A stretch of 64,000 nucleotides of DNA from Eledone cirrhosa (GCA_964016885.1 OZ024748.1:11718001-11782000), one strand, 5' to 3'; counted from the stretch's first letter, positions 13,601 through 28,812 are shown. The notes: a model not told the origin generated them from the sequence alone. Translations and numbers: made by a program.

Positions 13601-13797
13601 GGGCGGTGGATTGACAGTATCGGTAGAGGGTCGGACGCCATGCTTTCCAGCATAGTTACGTCCCTTTACGATCTGAGTTCAAATCCCGTCGAGGTTGACT
13701 TTGCCTTTCATCCTTACGGGGTCGATAAAATAAAGTACCAGTAATGCACTGGGTAATTGCTGGCCTTGTGCCTAAAGTAGAAACAATTAATATATTG

Positions 13798-13860
<63 letters not shown>

Positions 13861-14075
13861 ACAATAGGCAATTATCGGTAGAGTGTTGGATAACATGTAT
13901 TGTAGCATAGAGTTATGGCCCTTTACGTTTTGAGTTCAAATTCCGCCGAAGTTAGCTTTGTCTTTCATCCTGACGTGGTCCATAAAAAAACTACCAGTAA
14001 TGCACTGGGGTCGATTTAATCGACATTCCCCTTCCTGCCAAAATTGTTGGCCTTGTGTCTAAATCAGAAACCATT
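13601..14075 (+). mobile_element. Two family 1 SINEs (13601-13790 full length with TSD; ~13867-14075 diverged)
   Basis: TSD ATTAATATATTGTATA (~13583 and ~13785); canonical head, core and tail. Confidence 0.8.
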
Positions 14076-14208
14076 CAATATAAGAAAGAGTAAAAAAAGA
14101 ATCTATATATTTAGTTAGTTCCTGACAGGATGGTTTTGGCACAAACTTCTTCTGCTGTGTCTCCATAATTCTGTGTAACAGATACACGACGAAAGATTTG
14201 TGTTATGT

Positions 14209-14252
<44 letters not shown>

Positions 14253-14440
14253 GCTGCTGCTGCTGCTGCTGTTGTCGAAATAGAAATCAGCTATTAAGAC
14301 AATACTTATAATAATGTGCTTTCACAAAACAAACCCCCACCACCACCACCATCACCCTACAGACCTCCACAGGTATATATACACACACACGCGCCCCGAG
14401 TCTTGGCTGTCTGTTCATTGTGATGGCTACATTGTCGTTA

Positions 14441-14471
<31 letters not shown>

Positions 14472-16153
14472 GGTTTCTATTGTTGCTGTTGCTGTTACTA
14501 CTACTGTTGTTGCTGCTATTATTGCTGTTGCTGTTACTACTACTGTTGTTGCTGCTATTATTGCTGTTGCTGTTACTACTACTGTTGGTGCTGCTATTGT
14601 TGCTGTTGTTACTGTTGCTGCTGTTGATGATGATGATGATCATCATCATCATCATCATCACCACCATCATCATTACCATTACCGTCATCTGGAGATGATA
14701 TGGCAGCCATATTGGTGGTATTGACAATGGTGGTGCGATATATATGTATATATGTTTATATAGAAGTTCTTGAAAAGGTTAGATAAAAATAGATTTAAAG
14801 AAGATAAAGCAATGTAAATGTCTGGTTAAAGAACCGCTTTACCATTATTGTAAGAAGAATCACAATTAATCGAGTCGATAGTGTGTCACACTTTTGACCG
14901 AAAGATCAACAGATTGTGTTCTTGTCATCAATATTACATTGTGTCTAAAGCAACATTGTATATAAACTATCGTTAGTTCAATCTATGTGTAAAAACAGGT
15001 ATATTGTTTATTTAGATTTCACTGCAACAAACAATAGCATTGTATATTTGAGGAGTATTTCATTAGCTTTTCATATATGTGTATGGACTTATAACTCCTT
15101 GGTGAAGTCATAGGTGTACTGTAGTGACAAACTATAGCACTGTATACTTCACGAGTATATCACTAGCTTTTAATATGTGCGTAGGCCCGTGACTCCTGCT
15201 CGAGTCGTAGGGGTACTTTATATTTCACTGCAACAAATAATGGCACTGTCTATTTCACGAGTAGTTCATTAGCGTTTTTGTGTTTTGAATTAAAAAATAA
15301 GTACCAGTGATATACTGGTGCCAATAAAGTCGACTGTCAATTCCTCGAAAGGTTATGACCTTATTTAGATATCTCTCTATGTTCTAGGGTGGCGAATTGA
15401 CAGAGACATTAGAACGTCAGATAGAATGCTTTGTAGTATTTTTTTCGTCTCTCTAATCCCGCCGAGATCAACTTTGCCTTTCATCAATTCGAGGACGATA
15501 AATAAAGTACCAGCCTAACAATGGATTCGTTTCTTCCTCAATATCTCTTTCTTACTTCCATTCTTTCACACATTCTCTATCCTTCTCTGGAAGAAATTTG
15601 TTATATTCAGACCGGAGAGGAGATGGGATCTGCCCGGTTTAAAGATATGCCCTAGAAATGCCGTATGTCAATACGGTAACCCTACGAATCCCTCAGAAAT
15701 TACGGGTCCTTGCAAGTTTACTCTATGTTCTGGGTTCTAAAAAAAATGCCCTAGAAATGCTGTATGTCAATAGGCTGACCCTAAGATTCCTTCAAAAATT
15801 ACAGGTCCATGTATACTCTATGCTCTGGGTCCTAATAGCCCAGCGGTGGTTCACTTTGACTTCAGTCCTGCTAAGATCGATAACATAAACAACAGCAATA
15901 TAACGTTATTGACTCCCCTTCCAATGTATTACCTTGTATGATTGGAAGAGATCGATATTAAGTGAAATATAATTCAAAGGAATAAATACATCTCTAACGG
16001 AGAGTGATTGATTGATCGCCTGATCGATTGATTCACATCACAGACGATTTCTCTCTACTAATATTTATTTATATTATTTACATGTCAGTTCATATCGTAT
16101 TTTATATGAGATTTTGATATTACATAATTCTCTCTGTATATCTAAATATACAC

Positions 16154-16237
<84 letters not shown>

Positions 16238-16293
16238 TCAGCGAGAATCGTATTTCGGCTGGTAGAAAAAGCGAGTATGTGTATGTGTGTATT

Positions 16294-16340
<47 letters not shown>

Positions 16341-16342
<2 letters not shown>

Positions 16343-16546
16343 TTTTAATATAGATGAGATTCTACAGGACTAGAACTGTTTCATTCTTTAGAAATCATCA
16401 GGAATTCCTGATGATTCCTGATGATTTCTAAAGAATGAAACAGTTCTAGTCCTGTAGAATCTCATCTATATTAAAACTTTTATACTCTGCAATGTATTGA
16501 GTACCTTACTTACTGTGGTTACCTCCGATTCAACCCGGAATAACGT
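16341..16546. mobile_element. Family A hammerhead fold-back element, copy 1
   Basis: Asymmetric inverted duplication in (TA)n; GAUUC-CUGAUGA-UUUCUAAAGAAU-GAAA-CAGUUCUAG-UC-cugua-GAAUC at ~16413-16462. Confidence 0.75.
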
Positions 16547-16548
16547 AC

Positions 16549-16612
<64 letters not shown>

Positions 16613-17359
16613 CACACATACACATACAAACACACACACACTCCCTCTCTCTTTATTTATTTATTTCTCTCTCTCTCAGTAATACACAAACACACACACA
16701 CACATTCTCTCTCTCTAACACATAGACACGCACTCTCTCTAACATATATACACTCTCTCTTTCTCTAACATACACATACTCTCTCACTCTAACATACACA
16801 CACCACACACACATACATATTTATTATATATATATATCGACTGTCGATATATATATTGTGTGTGTGTGTGTGTATATCTGTGTTTGTATGAATGGATGTA
16901 TGCATGATTTATATGTCTATATGGGTATTTGTATCTGATGCGATGTATGCACATATGTATGTATATATGTATGTATGTATGTATATATGCATATATGTAT
17001 GTATTTATATATGAATGTATTTATGTATTTATGTATGTATATATATATATGTATATAAGTATTTATGTATGTAGTATATATGTATTTATGTATGTATATA
17101 TGCATGTGCGTTTCTATGTATGCATATATGTATTTATGTTTTTACGTATGTATATAAGTAGATATGTATGTATATAAGTATTTACGTATGTATGTATGTT
17201 TGTATGTATACCCTATATATGTATGTATTTATGTATGTATGTATGTATGTATGTATGTATGTATGTATGTATGTATGTATGTATGTATGTATATAGGTAT
17301 TTATTGCATTTATATATGTATTTATGTATGTATGTATGTATGTATGTATGTATTATTGT

Positions 17360-17739
17360 TGTTATTATTATTATTATTATTATTGTTATTAATATATGTG
17401 TGTGTGTATATGTGTGTGAGTGTGCGTGTGTGTGTGTATATGTGTGTGTATATGTATATATATATATATATATATTTTTTTTTTTTCTTTTTATTTATTT
17501 ATTATTATTTTTTTTTTCTTTCTCCTCGTGCAATGGCCATACTCGATAACGAGGGGGCAGCCATCACGTATGTATGTATGTATGTATGTATGTATGTATG
17601 TATGTATGTATGTATGTATGTATGTATGTATGTATGTATTATTGTTGTTATTATTATTATTATTATTATTATTGTTATTAATGTATGTGTGTGTGTGTAT
17701 ATGTGTGGGAGTGTGCGTGTGTGTGTGTATATGTGTGTG

Positions 17740-17772
<33 letters not shown>

Positions 17773-17975
17773 TTCTTTTTTTTATTTTATTTTTATTTAT
17801 TTATTTATTTTTATTTTTTTTCTTTCTCCTCGTGCAATGGCCATACTCGATACCGAGGGAGCAGCCATCATGTATGTATGTATGTATGTATGTATGTATG
17901 TATGTATGTATGTATGTATGTATGTATGTATGTATGTATGTATGTATGTATGTATGTATGTATGTATGTATGTAT
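17360..17975 (+). repeat. ~300 bp tandem duplication ending in an RTE-like 3' tail
   Basis: Two copies of TCTCCTCGTGCAATGGCCATACTCGATA-CGAGGG-GCAGCCATCA followed by (TGTA)n at ~17521 and ~17826. Confidence 0.65.
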
Positions 17976-18717
17976 GTATAGTCAGTCAGACAATATATCG
18001 TCATTGTGCGTTTCACGCTAACGTAGAAAACCAAAGTACAAATGTTCAGTCTAGCAATTCCAAGATGTCAGCTTCAACTGAAGCCAGAAATGGTGGCTTC
18101 AACAATACTAGCGGGTCTTTTCTATTGTAACATGAGACCTACAGTCACGACAGGTTTTTGGAACAAACATATATAAACATGCATACATATATACACACAT
18201 ACATATACATACATATATCCATACATATATACATACATACATACTTTTATATACATACATTATTACATACATACGTACATACATATATACATATATATAT
18301 TCTTACATATATACATATATACATACATATATATATACATACATATATACATACATACATACATATATACATACATACATACTTTTATATATAAAATATT
18401 ACCCTTATCCTATTTATAATTGTATATAGATTATATATATATATGTGTAAATATTATTATTATTACTTTTATATACATACATTCTTACATACATACGTAC
18501 ATACATACATATATACATATATATATATATACACACATACATGCATATATACATACATTCTTACATAAATTCTTACATACATACGTACTTTTATATACTA
18601 CATACTTTCTTAAATACATACGTACATATATACATATATACATACATATATACATACATATATACATACATATATACATACATATATACATACATATATA
18701 CATACATACATGCTTTC

Positions 18718-18860
18718 ATGATGGCTGCAAACTCTGCAAAGAGTATTGCAATCGCTTGTCAGATTCAGATTTGTGACGCTCGGATATGGCTTTTCAAGCC
18801 TGCTAGAGACTTGCACTCCTTCGTACACTGACGACAACTATGGATCTCCCTGGCCTCAAG
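18718..18860 (-). mobile_element. 3' end of a second RTE subfamily (C2H2 remnant)
   Basis: Minus-strand translation CRQCTKECKSLAGLKSHIRA, then GCAGCCATCATG tail and (TGTA)n. Confidence 0.6.
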
Positions 18861-18892
18861 TCTTGTATCAGGTTACTTAAATACATACATAC

Positions 18893-19839
<947 letters not shown>

Positions 19840-20079
19840 ACATACATACATACATACATACATACATACATACATACATACATACATACATACATACATA
19901 CATACATGCTTATATACATGCATACATATATATGTAGATTCTTACATAGAATCATATATGCATACATACAGACGCAGATGCGTATACAAATATGTATAGT
20001 GTTACTCTACATAATTATTTTTCTTATCATTGCTGTTATTTATACAGATATGTATGTATAATATATATCTACACATATA

Positions 20080-20143
<64 letters not shown>

Positions 20144-20231
20144 CATATATATGACTATGTATATATATATATATATATATACATATATATGTACATATAT
20201 GTGTGTGTGTGTACATATATATATATATATA

Positions 20232-20368
20232 TAACAAAGGAATGTGGTAAGGAACCAAATAGACCATAACGCACCAGAGAACTCAATACTTAGGGTAGTA
20301 GAGTGGGAAATAGGACAAGTATGACCCCGACGGCAGAGCTCTGCCGTCGGGGTCATACTTTTTCCTAT
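20232..20368. mobile_element. Family B fold-back element, copy 1
   Basis: Homologous to 21937-22108, 22895-23089 and 56124-56299; palindrome centred on GACGGCAGAGCTCTGCCGTC; flanked by (TA)n. Confidence 0.7.
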
Positions 20369-20564
20369 ATATATATATTTAGCAACAGAAATTTCTTCCC
20401 TATAAAGCACATATTTCCCTTCGGATTTCTCCCTTATCCCCTTCTCCCTTATCCCCTTCTCCCCTCTTCCTATTCCCCACTATATATTCTATCTAGTCTA
20501 TAACTAACCTCTAACCCACGTTCGTTGCATCAATTCACGCCATAGTCAGATATTAAATTATCTC

Positions 20565-21100
20565 TCACTGTCGGCTGTTTAGCATGTTCCTCTATCGGTT
20601 GTTTAACATGCTCTACTATCGGTTATTTAGCATGTTCCATTATCAGTTGTTTAGCATATCTCACTGTCAGTTTTTAGTATATTCTACAGTCGGTTGTTTA
20701 GCATGTTCTACTATCGTCTGTTTAGCATGTTACACTGTCGGTTGTTTAGCACATTCCACTATCGGCTGTTTAGCATATCTCTCTATCGGCTATTTAGCAT
20801 GTTTCCCTATCGGTTGTTTAGCATATTCCTCTATCAGCTGTTTAGCATGTTCCACTATCGTCTGATAAGCATGTTCCACCATCGGTTATTTAGCGTGTTC
20901 CATTATCGGTTGTTTAGCATATCTCATTATCGGCTGTTTAACATGTTCCATCATCGGTTGTTTAGCATGTTCCATTGTCGGTTGCTTAGCATGTTTCCCT
21001 GTCGTCTGTTTAGCATGCTCTCTATTGTCAGTTTAACATATTACACTATCGGCTGTTTAACATGCTCCTTTATCGACTGCTTAGTATGTACCGCTATCGA
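20565..21100. repeat. 24-bp minisatellite (ATCGGTTGTTTAGCATGTTCCACT-like), about 22 diverged units
   Basis: Direct tandem periodicity; the ORF track shows an 8-aa period YRLFSMFH. Confidence 0.85.
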
Positions 21101-21380
21101 TTGCACAACACCACACTTGGGATTTGATGTCAGTTAGCCCTGTTTAGTGGTGTTGGTGGTGGTGGCGGTATTGGTGGTGGTGGTGGTGGTGGTGGTGGAG
21201 GTGGTGGTGGCGGTATTGGTGGTGGAGGTGGAGGTGGTGGTGGTGGTGGTGGTGATAGTAGGCATTGTTATTATTGGAATTTTGTGTTTCTAAATAAGCA
21301 TATAAGCGTGAATATGAATAGCAATTTACACGCACACACACACAGGGACAGGGACACACACACAAACACACACACACACA

Positions 21381-21466
<86 letters not shown>

Positions 21467-21632
21467 CACACATATATATGTATATATATATATATATATT
21501 GGTGGGCAAAAAGAATTTTAAATCGGATGAAACACTGGAGTGGTCTTCTCATCAGTCGACCTCTGGAGGACGTTCCGATTTCATTGCATATATGTGTATG
21601 TATGTAGGCATATATATATATATACATATATA

Positions 21633-21677
<45 letters not shown>

Positions 21678-21687
21678 ATATATATAT

Positions 21688-21910
21688 GAAGGCGTGTGGC
21701 TGAGTGGCTAGAGAATTTGATTCACAATCTTGAGATTGTGAGTTCGATTCCTGGACCGGGCGATGCGTTATGTCCTTGAGCAAGACACTTTATTTCACGT
21801 TGCTCCTTCTACCTGGATAGTATTAGCAACCGATAGATAGTATTAGCAACTGGAAAGACCGACGAAAACATTGTTTCCTCGGTCCGATTTGACGAAAGTC
21901 GATCGATCCT
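21688..21910 (+). mobile_element. SINE family 2 (tRNA-like head, GTCCTTGAGCAAGACACTT central box, distinct tail)
   Basis: A box TGGCTGAGTGG, B box GAGTTCGATTCC; second copy at 43050-43253; both flanked by (TA)n. Confidence 0.75.
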
Positions 21911-21936
21911 TTAATATATATATATATATATATATA

Positions 21937-22106
21937 TAACGAAGGAAATGTGGTAAGGAACCAGGTGGACCATAACGCACCAAAGTACTCAATACTTGAG
22001 GTAGTAGAGTGGGTAATAGGAACCAGTAAGACCCCGACAGCTGAGCTCAGTCCAGAATTAGCCGTCGAAACGGCTTGAGCTCAGCTGTCGGGGTCTTACT
22101 GGTTCC

Positions 22107-22108
<2 letters not shown>
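21937..22108. mobile_element. Family B fold-back element, copy 2
   Basis: Contains GAAAC-GGC-UUGAGCUCA-GCU-GUC-GGGGUC (hammerhead 3' half) within an inverted duplication. Confidence 0.7.
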
Positions 22109-22174
<66 letters not shown>

Positions 22175-22559
22175 TACATACATATGTGAGTGTATTAAAT
22201 CCGTCTCGATCTATCAACAACATTCATTTCTTCCCTTCTCCCTCTCTCCCTTTTCTTCATCTTTACATATGTTTCTCCTACTCCTATACCTCCACCCTCC
22301 ATTCTTCCCCAATCCTACTAGACATTATATAGGAAATATTTTATTAATAGCTTTTTATTAGTATCTGATGAGGCGACAGACGGAACTTTAGTAAATTATA
22401 TTAGTCAGATTGTTTCATTTTCAACACATATCTAAATGTGATGTATGTGTATGTGTATAGGTGTGAACTTGTGTTAGTGTGGATGTGTATATGTGTGTGC
22501 TTGTGTTAGTGCGTGTGTGTCTGTGCATGCTTATATATATATATGTATATACATATATG

Positions 22560-22663
<104 letters not shown>

Positions 22664-22717
22664 GCATGTCTATGCTTATATAAGAATATACATATACATA
22701 TATATATATATATATAT

Positions 22718-22883
22718 ACGTTATTCCGGGTTGAATCGGAGGTAACCACAGTAAGTAAGGTACTCAATACATAGTAGAGTATAACAGTTTTAATATAGAT
22801 GAGATTCTACAGGACTAGAACTGTTTCATTCATTTGAGAATGAAACAGTTCTAGTCCTGTAGAATCTCATCTATATTAAAACT
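22718..22883. mobile_element. Family A fold-back element, copy 2
   Basis: Same arms as 16341-16546, but the inversion point lies inside stem II and removes CUGAUGA. Confidence 0.75.
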
Positions 22884-22894
22884 ATATATATATA

Positions 22895-23089
22895 TAGGAA
22901 CGAGTAGGACCCCAACGGCTGAGCTCAAGCCGTTTCGACGGCTAATTCTGAGTCCAGAATTAGCCGTCGAAACGGCTTGAGCTCAGCCGTCGGGGTCCTA
23001 CTCGTTCCTATTATCCACTCTACTACCCTAAGTATTGAGTACTTTGGTGCGTTATGGTCCACCTGGTTCCTTACCATATTTCCTTCGTT
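22895..23089. mobile_element. Family B fold-back element, copy 3
   Basis: Inverted arms centred on GACGGCTAATTCTG-AGTC-CAGAATTAGCCGTC; GAAAC-GGC...GCC-GUC on the + strand. Confidence 0.7.
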
Positions 23090-23140
23090 ATATATATATA
23101 TATATATATACGCATGTCTATGCTTATATAAGAATATATA

Positions 23141-23176
<36 letters not shown>

Positions 23177-23661
23177 CAAAAATTAATCCATATATAGATT
23201 AACAAATATGGTTGCATTTAATATACACAACCCACCCCTACCACTTCTACTATTATATAATAACTATTAACCCAATATTAAACCAATATGTCAACGAATA
23301 AAATCACTAAAGATGTTTCCACTACGTATATGTGGTCAATATTTGAAAGTATTTTTATGTTAGTAACCATTATAGCCGCCCACATATAAAATCTATAAAA
23401 CTAATTCTGTTGCAATATGCGTGTATGAACGAATGCCTATTGTATTTCGTTTTCCTTATAAGCCATTTCGGTTGTTTGGTTTTTATAAGCAGCAATAATA
23501 TACTATAATGCATATATTATCATTTTATATGATAGCTTTGATATTATATAAAAGCTACTAAGCTTTTCTATTATATATTATATATTATATATATATATAT
23601 TTATTATTGTTACTATATATATAAGGGCGGTGGATTGGCAGTATCGGTAGAGAGTCGGACA

Positions 23662-24922
23662 GAAATGGGCAGAGAGGAAGCTATCCCTGAAAGGTCGAGC
23701 CGAGGTGGCCAACGCGTACATCGCGTCCGTCATCTACTACCGCCTGACCGTCGTACCTTGTCCTAATCCCCGCCTGACTGCGCTGGAGCGTTTGCTCTTT
23801 CCCTTTTTTCCGGATGGTCAGGCGGTCTATCTGCTGTCAACACCCGCTACGTGGAGGGCTGGGCACGCCGTGGCTGATGATGCGCAGACACGCGCTCAGG
23901 CTACGACATCTCCACCTCTTCCTCGACGGTGATCAGGTGTGGTCGCCGTTTGCTAGACGCGTCTTTCCCCAGCTCGTCTCCTTTACGGAGCTGCAGTCCT
24001 GGGTCAAGCGAAGACCGAGAGGGAGCTCTTGGAGACTGGAATGTCTTCAGGCGCTCACAGCCCTCGACCAATCGGCAATGTGATCGGTGGAAACTCCACC
24101 TTGGCGTTCTATAGAGGATTAGTGGAGGGGAAGAGCGACGACGTACTTGGGGAAACTCTAGGCGTCGACGAAAATCAACTAGCCAATCTCTTCGGAAGAA
24201 CTTTTGGGCCGGGGGCCTATGGACAACTTCCAGAAAACCCTGGCCTGGAAGTGCTACCGAGGAGCTTTGCCAGTTCGGGATAAACTCTACAGGCATGGAG
24301 GTGCCGTCAGCCGAGCACGTCCGAGATGCGCGCAGGGCGACGAAACCGTCCTGCACGCACTCGTCCAGTGTCCGAGCATTGCTGACTTGTGGGTTTATGT
24401 CGAACACCTGCCGTCGCGTGTAGGACGGATCCAGCTATCAGCTGAGTCCATCGTGAGGATTGCCCCGCCCTCTTCCTTTAGCCGGGAAGGGCAGGCAGTT
24501 TTTATCTGTCTGGTGGCCATGGCGAAAGAGATAGTATGGTGGACACGTTTGAAAGGGATGAAGACGGTAGAGGTAGAGAGAGAAGTGCTCTCTTCCCAAC
24601 ATTTTGTTGAAAGATGGGTGAGAGAGGCAAGAAGGCCCGAGTGAATGGGCCTACTCTGAGTATGTGTCTGTAAATTAAAGGTGGAAAACTGGGAGAGGGC
24701 ACTTGCCCTGGTGGTCAGGGTCACTGTGGATTTTTAATGGGCTTTCTCCACGAATGTCCCTCGGAAGTCTCCCCCGTATTGGGGAATTTTTCATTGTTAT
24801 TTGTTTGTTACATCCTCTGTTTTTGTTTTTTACACGCAGACATGCCCATTTGTACCGTCCTGTATTGTCCTGTACTGTCCTTAATGTCTACTTTATGTAA
24901 ACCTTTGTGGTTAATAAAGAAA
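23662..24922 (+). pseudogene. 5'-truncated, frameshifted L1/Tx1-clade LINE (post-RT region, zf-RVT-like CCHC domain, 3' UTR)
   Basis: KWAERKLSLKGRAEVANAYIASVIYY... and W...RGALPVRDKL...PRC...ETVLHALVQCP motifs; GC-rich; ends CTTTGTGGTTAATAAAGAAA followed by (TTA)n. Confidence 0.8.
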
Positions 24923-24934
24923 GTATTATTATTA

Positions 24935-25125
24935 GGGCGATGGATTGGCAGTATCGGTAGAGGGTCGGACACCATGCTTCGGCGCATAGAGTTACGGCAC
25001 TTGCCATTCTGAGTTCAAATCCCGCCAAGGCTAACTTTGCCTTTCATCCTTACGGGGACGATAAAATAAAGTACCAGTAATGCACTGGGTATTTGCTGGC
25101 CTTGTGCCAAAAGTAGAAACAATTA
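24935..25125 (+). mobile_element. Family 1 SINE, full length; its 5' 37 bp are duplicated at 23625-23661
   Basis: Canonical head, core and tail; head duplicated on the other side of the LINE. Confidence 0.8.
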
Positions 25126-25490
25126 TTATTATTATTACTATATATTATATATGTATATTATATATATATACGTATTTTTTATATATATATATATATATAC
25201 GCGTATATATATATATATATAATTACTGCTTAATGATTGCCTTTTATATTATACTAGTACCTCATCTTATCGACCCCAGTACTTAATTTTATTTTATAAA
25301 CTCCGCAAGGAGGAAAGACAAATTTGGCCTCGGTGGGATTTGAACTTATGACATAGAAAGTCATAACTAAATACCAGAAGGTATTTGTTGATACAGCTAA
25401 TCCACCGGTTATTTTATTACATGTCTAATGAAAGACACCGCTTAAGTTATAACAATAATCAAGAATTTGGAAGGATTTACTAGTAATAAC

Positions 25491-25671
25491 TACCGTATTT
25501 CCCGGCGCCGAAGACGCTTCGTCCTCGGGGACGCACCCCAATTTTGACAACCAAAAATAAAAAAAAAAAAAGGATAAAAACCTTCGGCCTCCAAGAGGCC
25601 TGGTAGATTTTTGAGACTTGTTTTAGGTAAAAAGTAACGTCTTCGAAAAAGTAGCGCCGGGAAATACGGTA
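25491..25671. mobile_element. Tc1/mariner-superfamily MITE
   Basis: TIRs TA-CCGTATTTCCCGGCGC / GCGCCGGGAAATACGG-TA with TA target duplication. Confidence 0.8.
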
Positions 25672-25755
25672 ACTTTATCATTAATAAATTGGTGTTTGGA
25701 GCACAACATATTGGATAAATATAACACTTTAAACCTTTTGTTACTATATTTATAA

Positions 25756-26610
25756 CTAGCAGAATGGCTCGGCGTTGCTCGGGATTCTAAACATAGATTG
25801 GCATGTTTATCCCTCCTTTCTTAAACAGTACAGATATGACCTAAAAGCAGGACGAAGTAAACTAAGACTAACTGGTAGAGTAAGGAGTAAACTCGTCAGT
25901 GATGCATGTGATTTCCGAACCGTTGACTATGTAATTGCTGGCCTTGTGCCAAAAGTAGTGGGACTTTTTAGGTGGCATATCGACAGTAACAATGACGATA
26001 AGCCGTCTGTGCTTTCGTGAAATAAATACGTTTGTTTATATTTTTTTTTTGTGTATGCAAAAATATCTGTACACGAATATATAATTATATATATATATTC
26101 ATTTAGGTTTGTTGGTTCACCACTGAATAGAACTGGTCATTCCGTATAGTCAATCTTGATGTAATATTAGGGAGAGCACTCGACGTAATGCAACTCACCC
26201 GTCTTCGTTTGTGTTGTTGGTGGTGCGAGTACGGAGTTAATCATTATAAAATAACAGGAGGCTGGACTGGTGTAATTCCTTAAAAGGTTTTATTATACTA
26301 TGAACATTTCAATGACCGAGTTCAGTATGAATCCGGTGACAACATCAGGTATTCGAAATTTAACAAAGGAATATAATAGACACAATCCATGGGGCTGAAA
26401 AGGCAGAGAGACAAGAAGGGAGCCAAACATTTAGCAGTTTCTAGTCCGAAGGCGGCCGACCGGACTAGAAACTGCTAAATGATTTTTGCTCAAAACACTC
26501 ACACGACCATAAGTATCACACGATCATGTGTAAAGTTTGAAAAAAAATCGGTCGGATGGTTGTCGAGTTTTAGGGGGACAGACAGACATTCTCTGTTCTA
26601 GATATATAGA
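25756..26610 (-). mobile_element. Non-autonomous Helitron
   Basis: Minus strand begins a|TCTATATATC...(TGTC)n and ends CCCGAGCAACGCCGAG (imperfect hairpin)...CTAG|t; A|T target with no TSD. Confidence 0.65.
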
Positions 26611-27084
26611 TAATATAATAGCTGCTTAGCTTTTATATTAAACACTCTACAGTTTGTTTTATGTGTATATATACATATAGATATATGCAGAGAAAGAGAG
26701 AGAGACCCACATCAGCAGCAGCAGCAACAGCAGGGCGGTAAATTGACAGAGTTGTTAGAATGTGTGATAGAATGATTTGTAGTAACTGTTCTGATTTTCT
26801 GCCCTCTGAGTTCAAATCCCACCGAAGTCAATTTTTTCTTTCATCCCTTTGAGGTAGATAAAGAATAACCAGTCCAGTTCTGGGGTTAATTCATTGCTTT
26901 CCATTAATGGAGCAGTAAAAATGTGTAAAACATTCTAAAAATTCTGCATGTAATAACTGTATGTACTCAAAACATCCACATCCATATCTGCACACACAGG
27001 CATGCATGCAGACATGCATACATATCTACCTAGTTCATGTTGTTTAAATTCCAATGAAGGAGTTTTGTGTCTGTTAGAAATCCA

Positions 27085-27162
<78 letters not shown>

Positions 27163-27890
27163 ATATTGGTAGCAATTAATGAAATTATAAAACCAGAAGA
27201 ACATACATACTTACGTACACACACACACACATCCACATACATATATACGTACGTAAGTACATACATACATACATAGATTCATAGAAACATACATATACAC
27301 ATACAAACATATATAACACTCTACACACTATAACTGCTTCCTGCTCTAGTCCTTCATTTAGATAATTGCATCAAGGTATATCTACGAATGTCTGTGACCT
27401 GATCACAACTGTATACTACCCCATTGTAACAATCAAGGATGTGTTTAACTATGAGAAGGAATAACAACAGTATAGAGACTGTGTGTGTCAAAATGAATTG
27501 CAAAATACCTCACTGCCAAAATGGATAATATCTCTTTCAACACACGTTTTCAGATTTGAATTCTTGCCAAATATATACCAGAAAAATGTGATTGTATGCA
27601 AGCATCTATCCAGTGATATATATAGCATATATATAGCATATATATATAGCATATATATATATATATAGCACCAGTGTAAAAAAGACGAAGTAAGAGGACG
27701 GTAGTTGAGTGGATGAGTGTAGCAGCAATTTATTAAACTAAAATATTCAATGGAGTCTATGAGAGGAATGATGAATGATATCACTAGAAGAGTAGAAGAT
27801 ATGGATGGAGGCAGACGACAGGAAAAATTAGATAGCGTTGAAGTATATATATGTGTGTGTGTGTGTGTGTATGAGGTGCATTAATTGTAA

Positions 27891-27957
<67 letters not shown>

Positions 27958-28042
27958 GAGAGAGAGAGAAAAAGAATGTGAGAGAAAGGGAAAGAGGAAC
28001 AGAGAGACAGACAGGCGGATAGACAGACAGACATATAAGTAG

Positions 28043-28118
<76 letters not shown>

Positions 28119-28274
28119 GCTATGGTTTTGCAAAAACAAAGTCAAAGTTTTGGCTGTGGTGTCGGGTGGGAATAGGGTAGGTAAAATAAGAATTATATCT
28201 CAACAGAAAGCAAACTAGAAAAAGAAAATGGCTGACGTGTAGTGGTGGTCGTGGTGGTTATCGTGGTGGTGGTG

Positions 28275-28325
<51 letters not shown>

Positions 28326-28624
28326 ATCAGGGTGAATATATATGTTATGTAAATATGTGGAGACAATACTGAATACATTTTTCAAAATAGCATCACTACC
28401 AATGGCGGCTTTTGTATTCTTTGTGTCTTTACACACACTCACACACACATATACACATACATACATGCATATACATAAATATATTATATACATATATATA
28501 CATACACACACACGTATATATATATATATATATATAATATATGTATATGTGTGTGTGTGTGTTTATATATGTATATTTGTGTGTGTATGCGTGTGTGTAT
28601 TTATATTTATATATATGTGTGTGT

Positions 28625-28686
<62 letters not shown>

Positions 28687-28777
28687 TTGTGTGTGTTTGT
28701 GTGTGTGTGTATGTGTGTGTATAGGGAGAGAGAGGGGGGAGAGAAGTTACTTCAACAACAGTTAATAAACGATTTTC

Positions 28778-28812
28778 GAGGACGCGTGTTTCACTTTGCG
28801 GATTTTCAACTC
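28778..28812 (-). ncRNA. Minimal hammerhead motif with U3-A8 core variant
   Basis: GAG-UUGAAAA-UCC-GCAA-AGU-GAAA-CACGCG-UC-CUC; homologous to the canonical motif at 34751-34790. Confidence 0.6.

Noticed and set aside
22366-22400. CTGATGA motif as a hammerhead
   Set aside because: Followed by GAAC with no convincing stems I-III.
26098-26370. Possible nested MITE inside the Helitron
   Set aside because: Only ~12 bp of imperfect inverted similarity and no clear termini or TSD.
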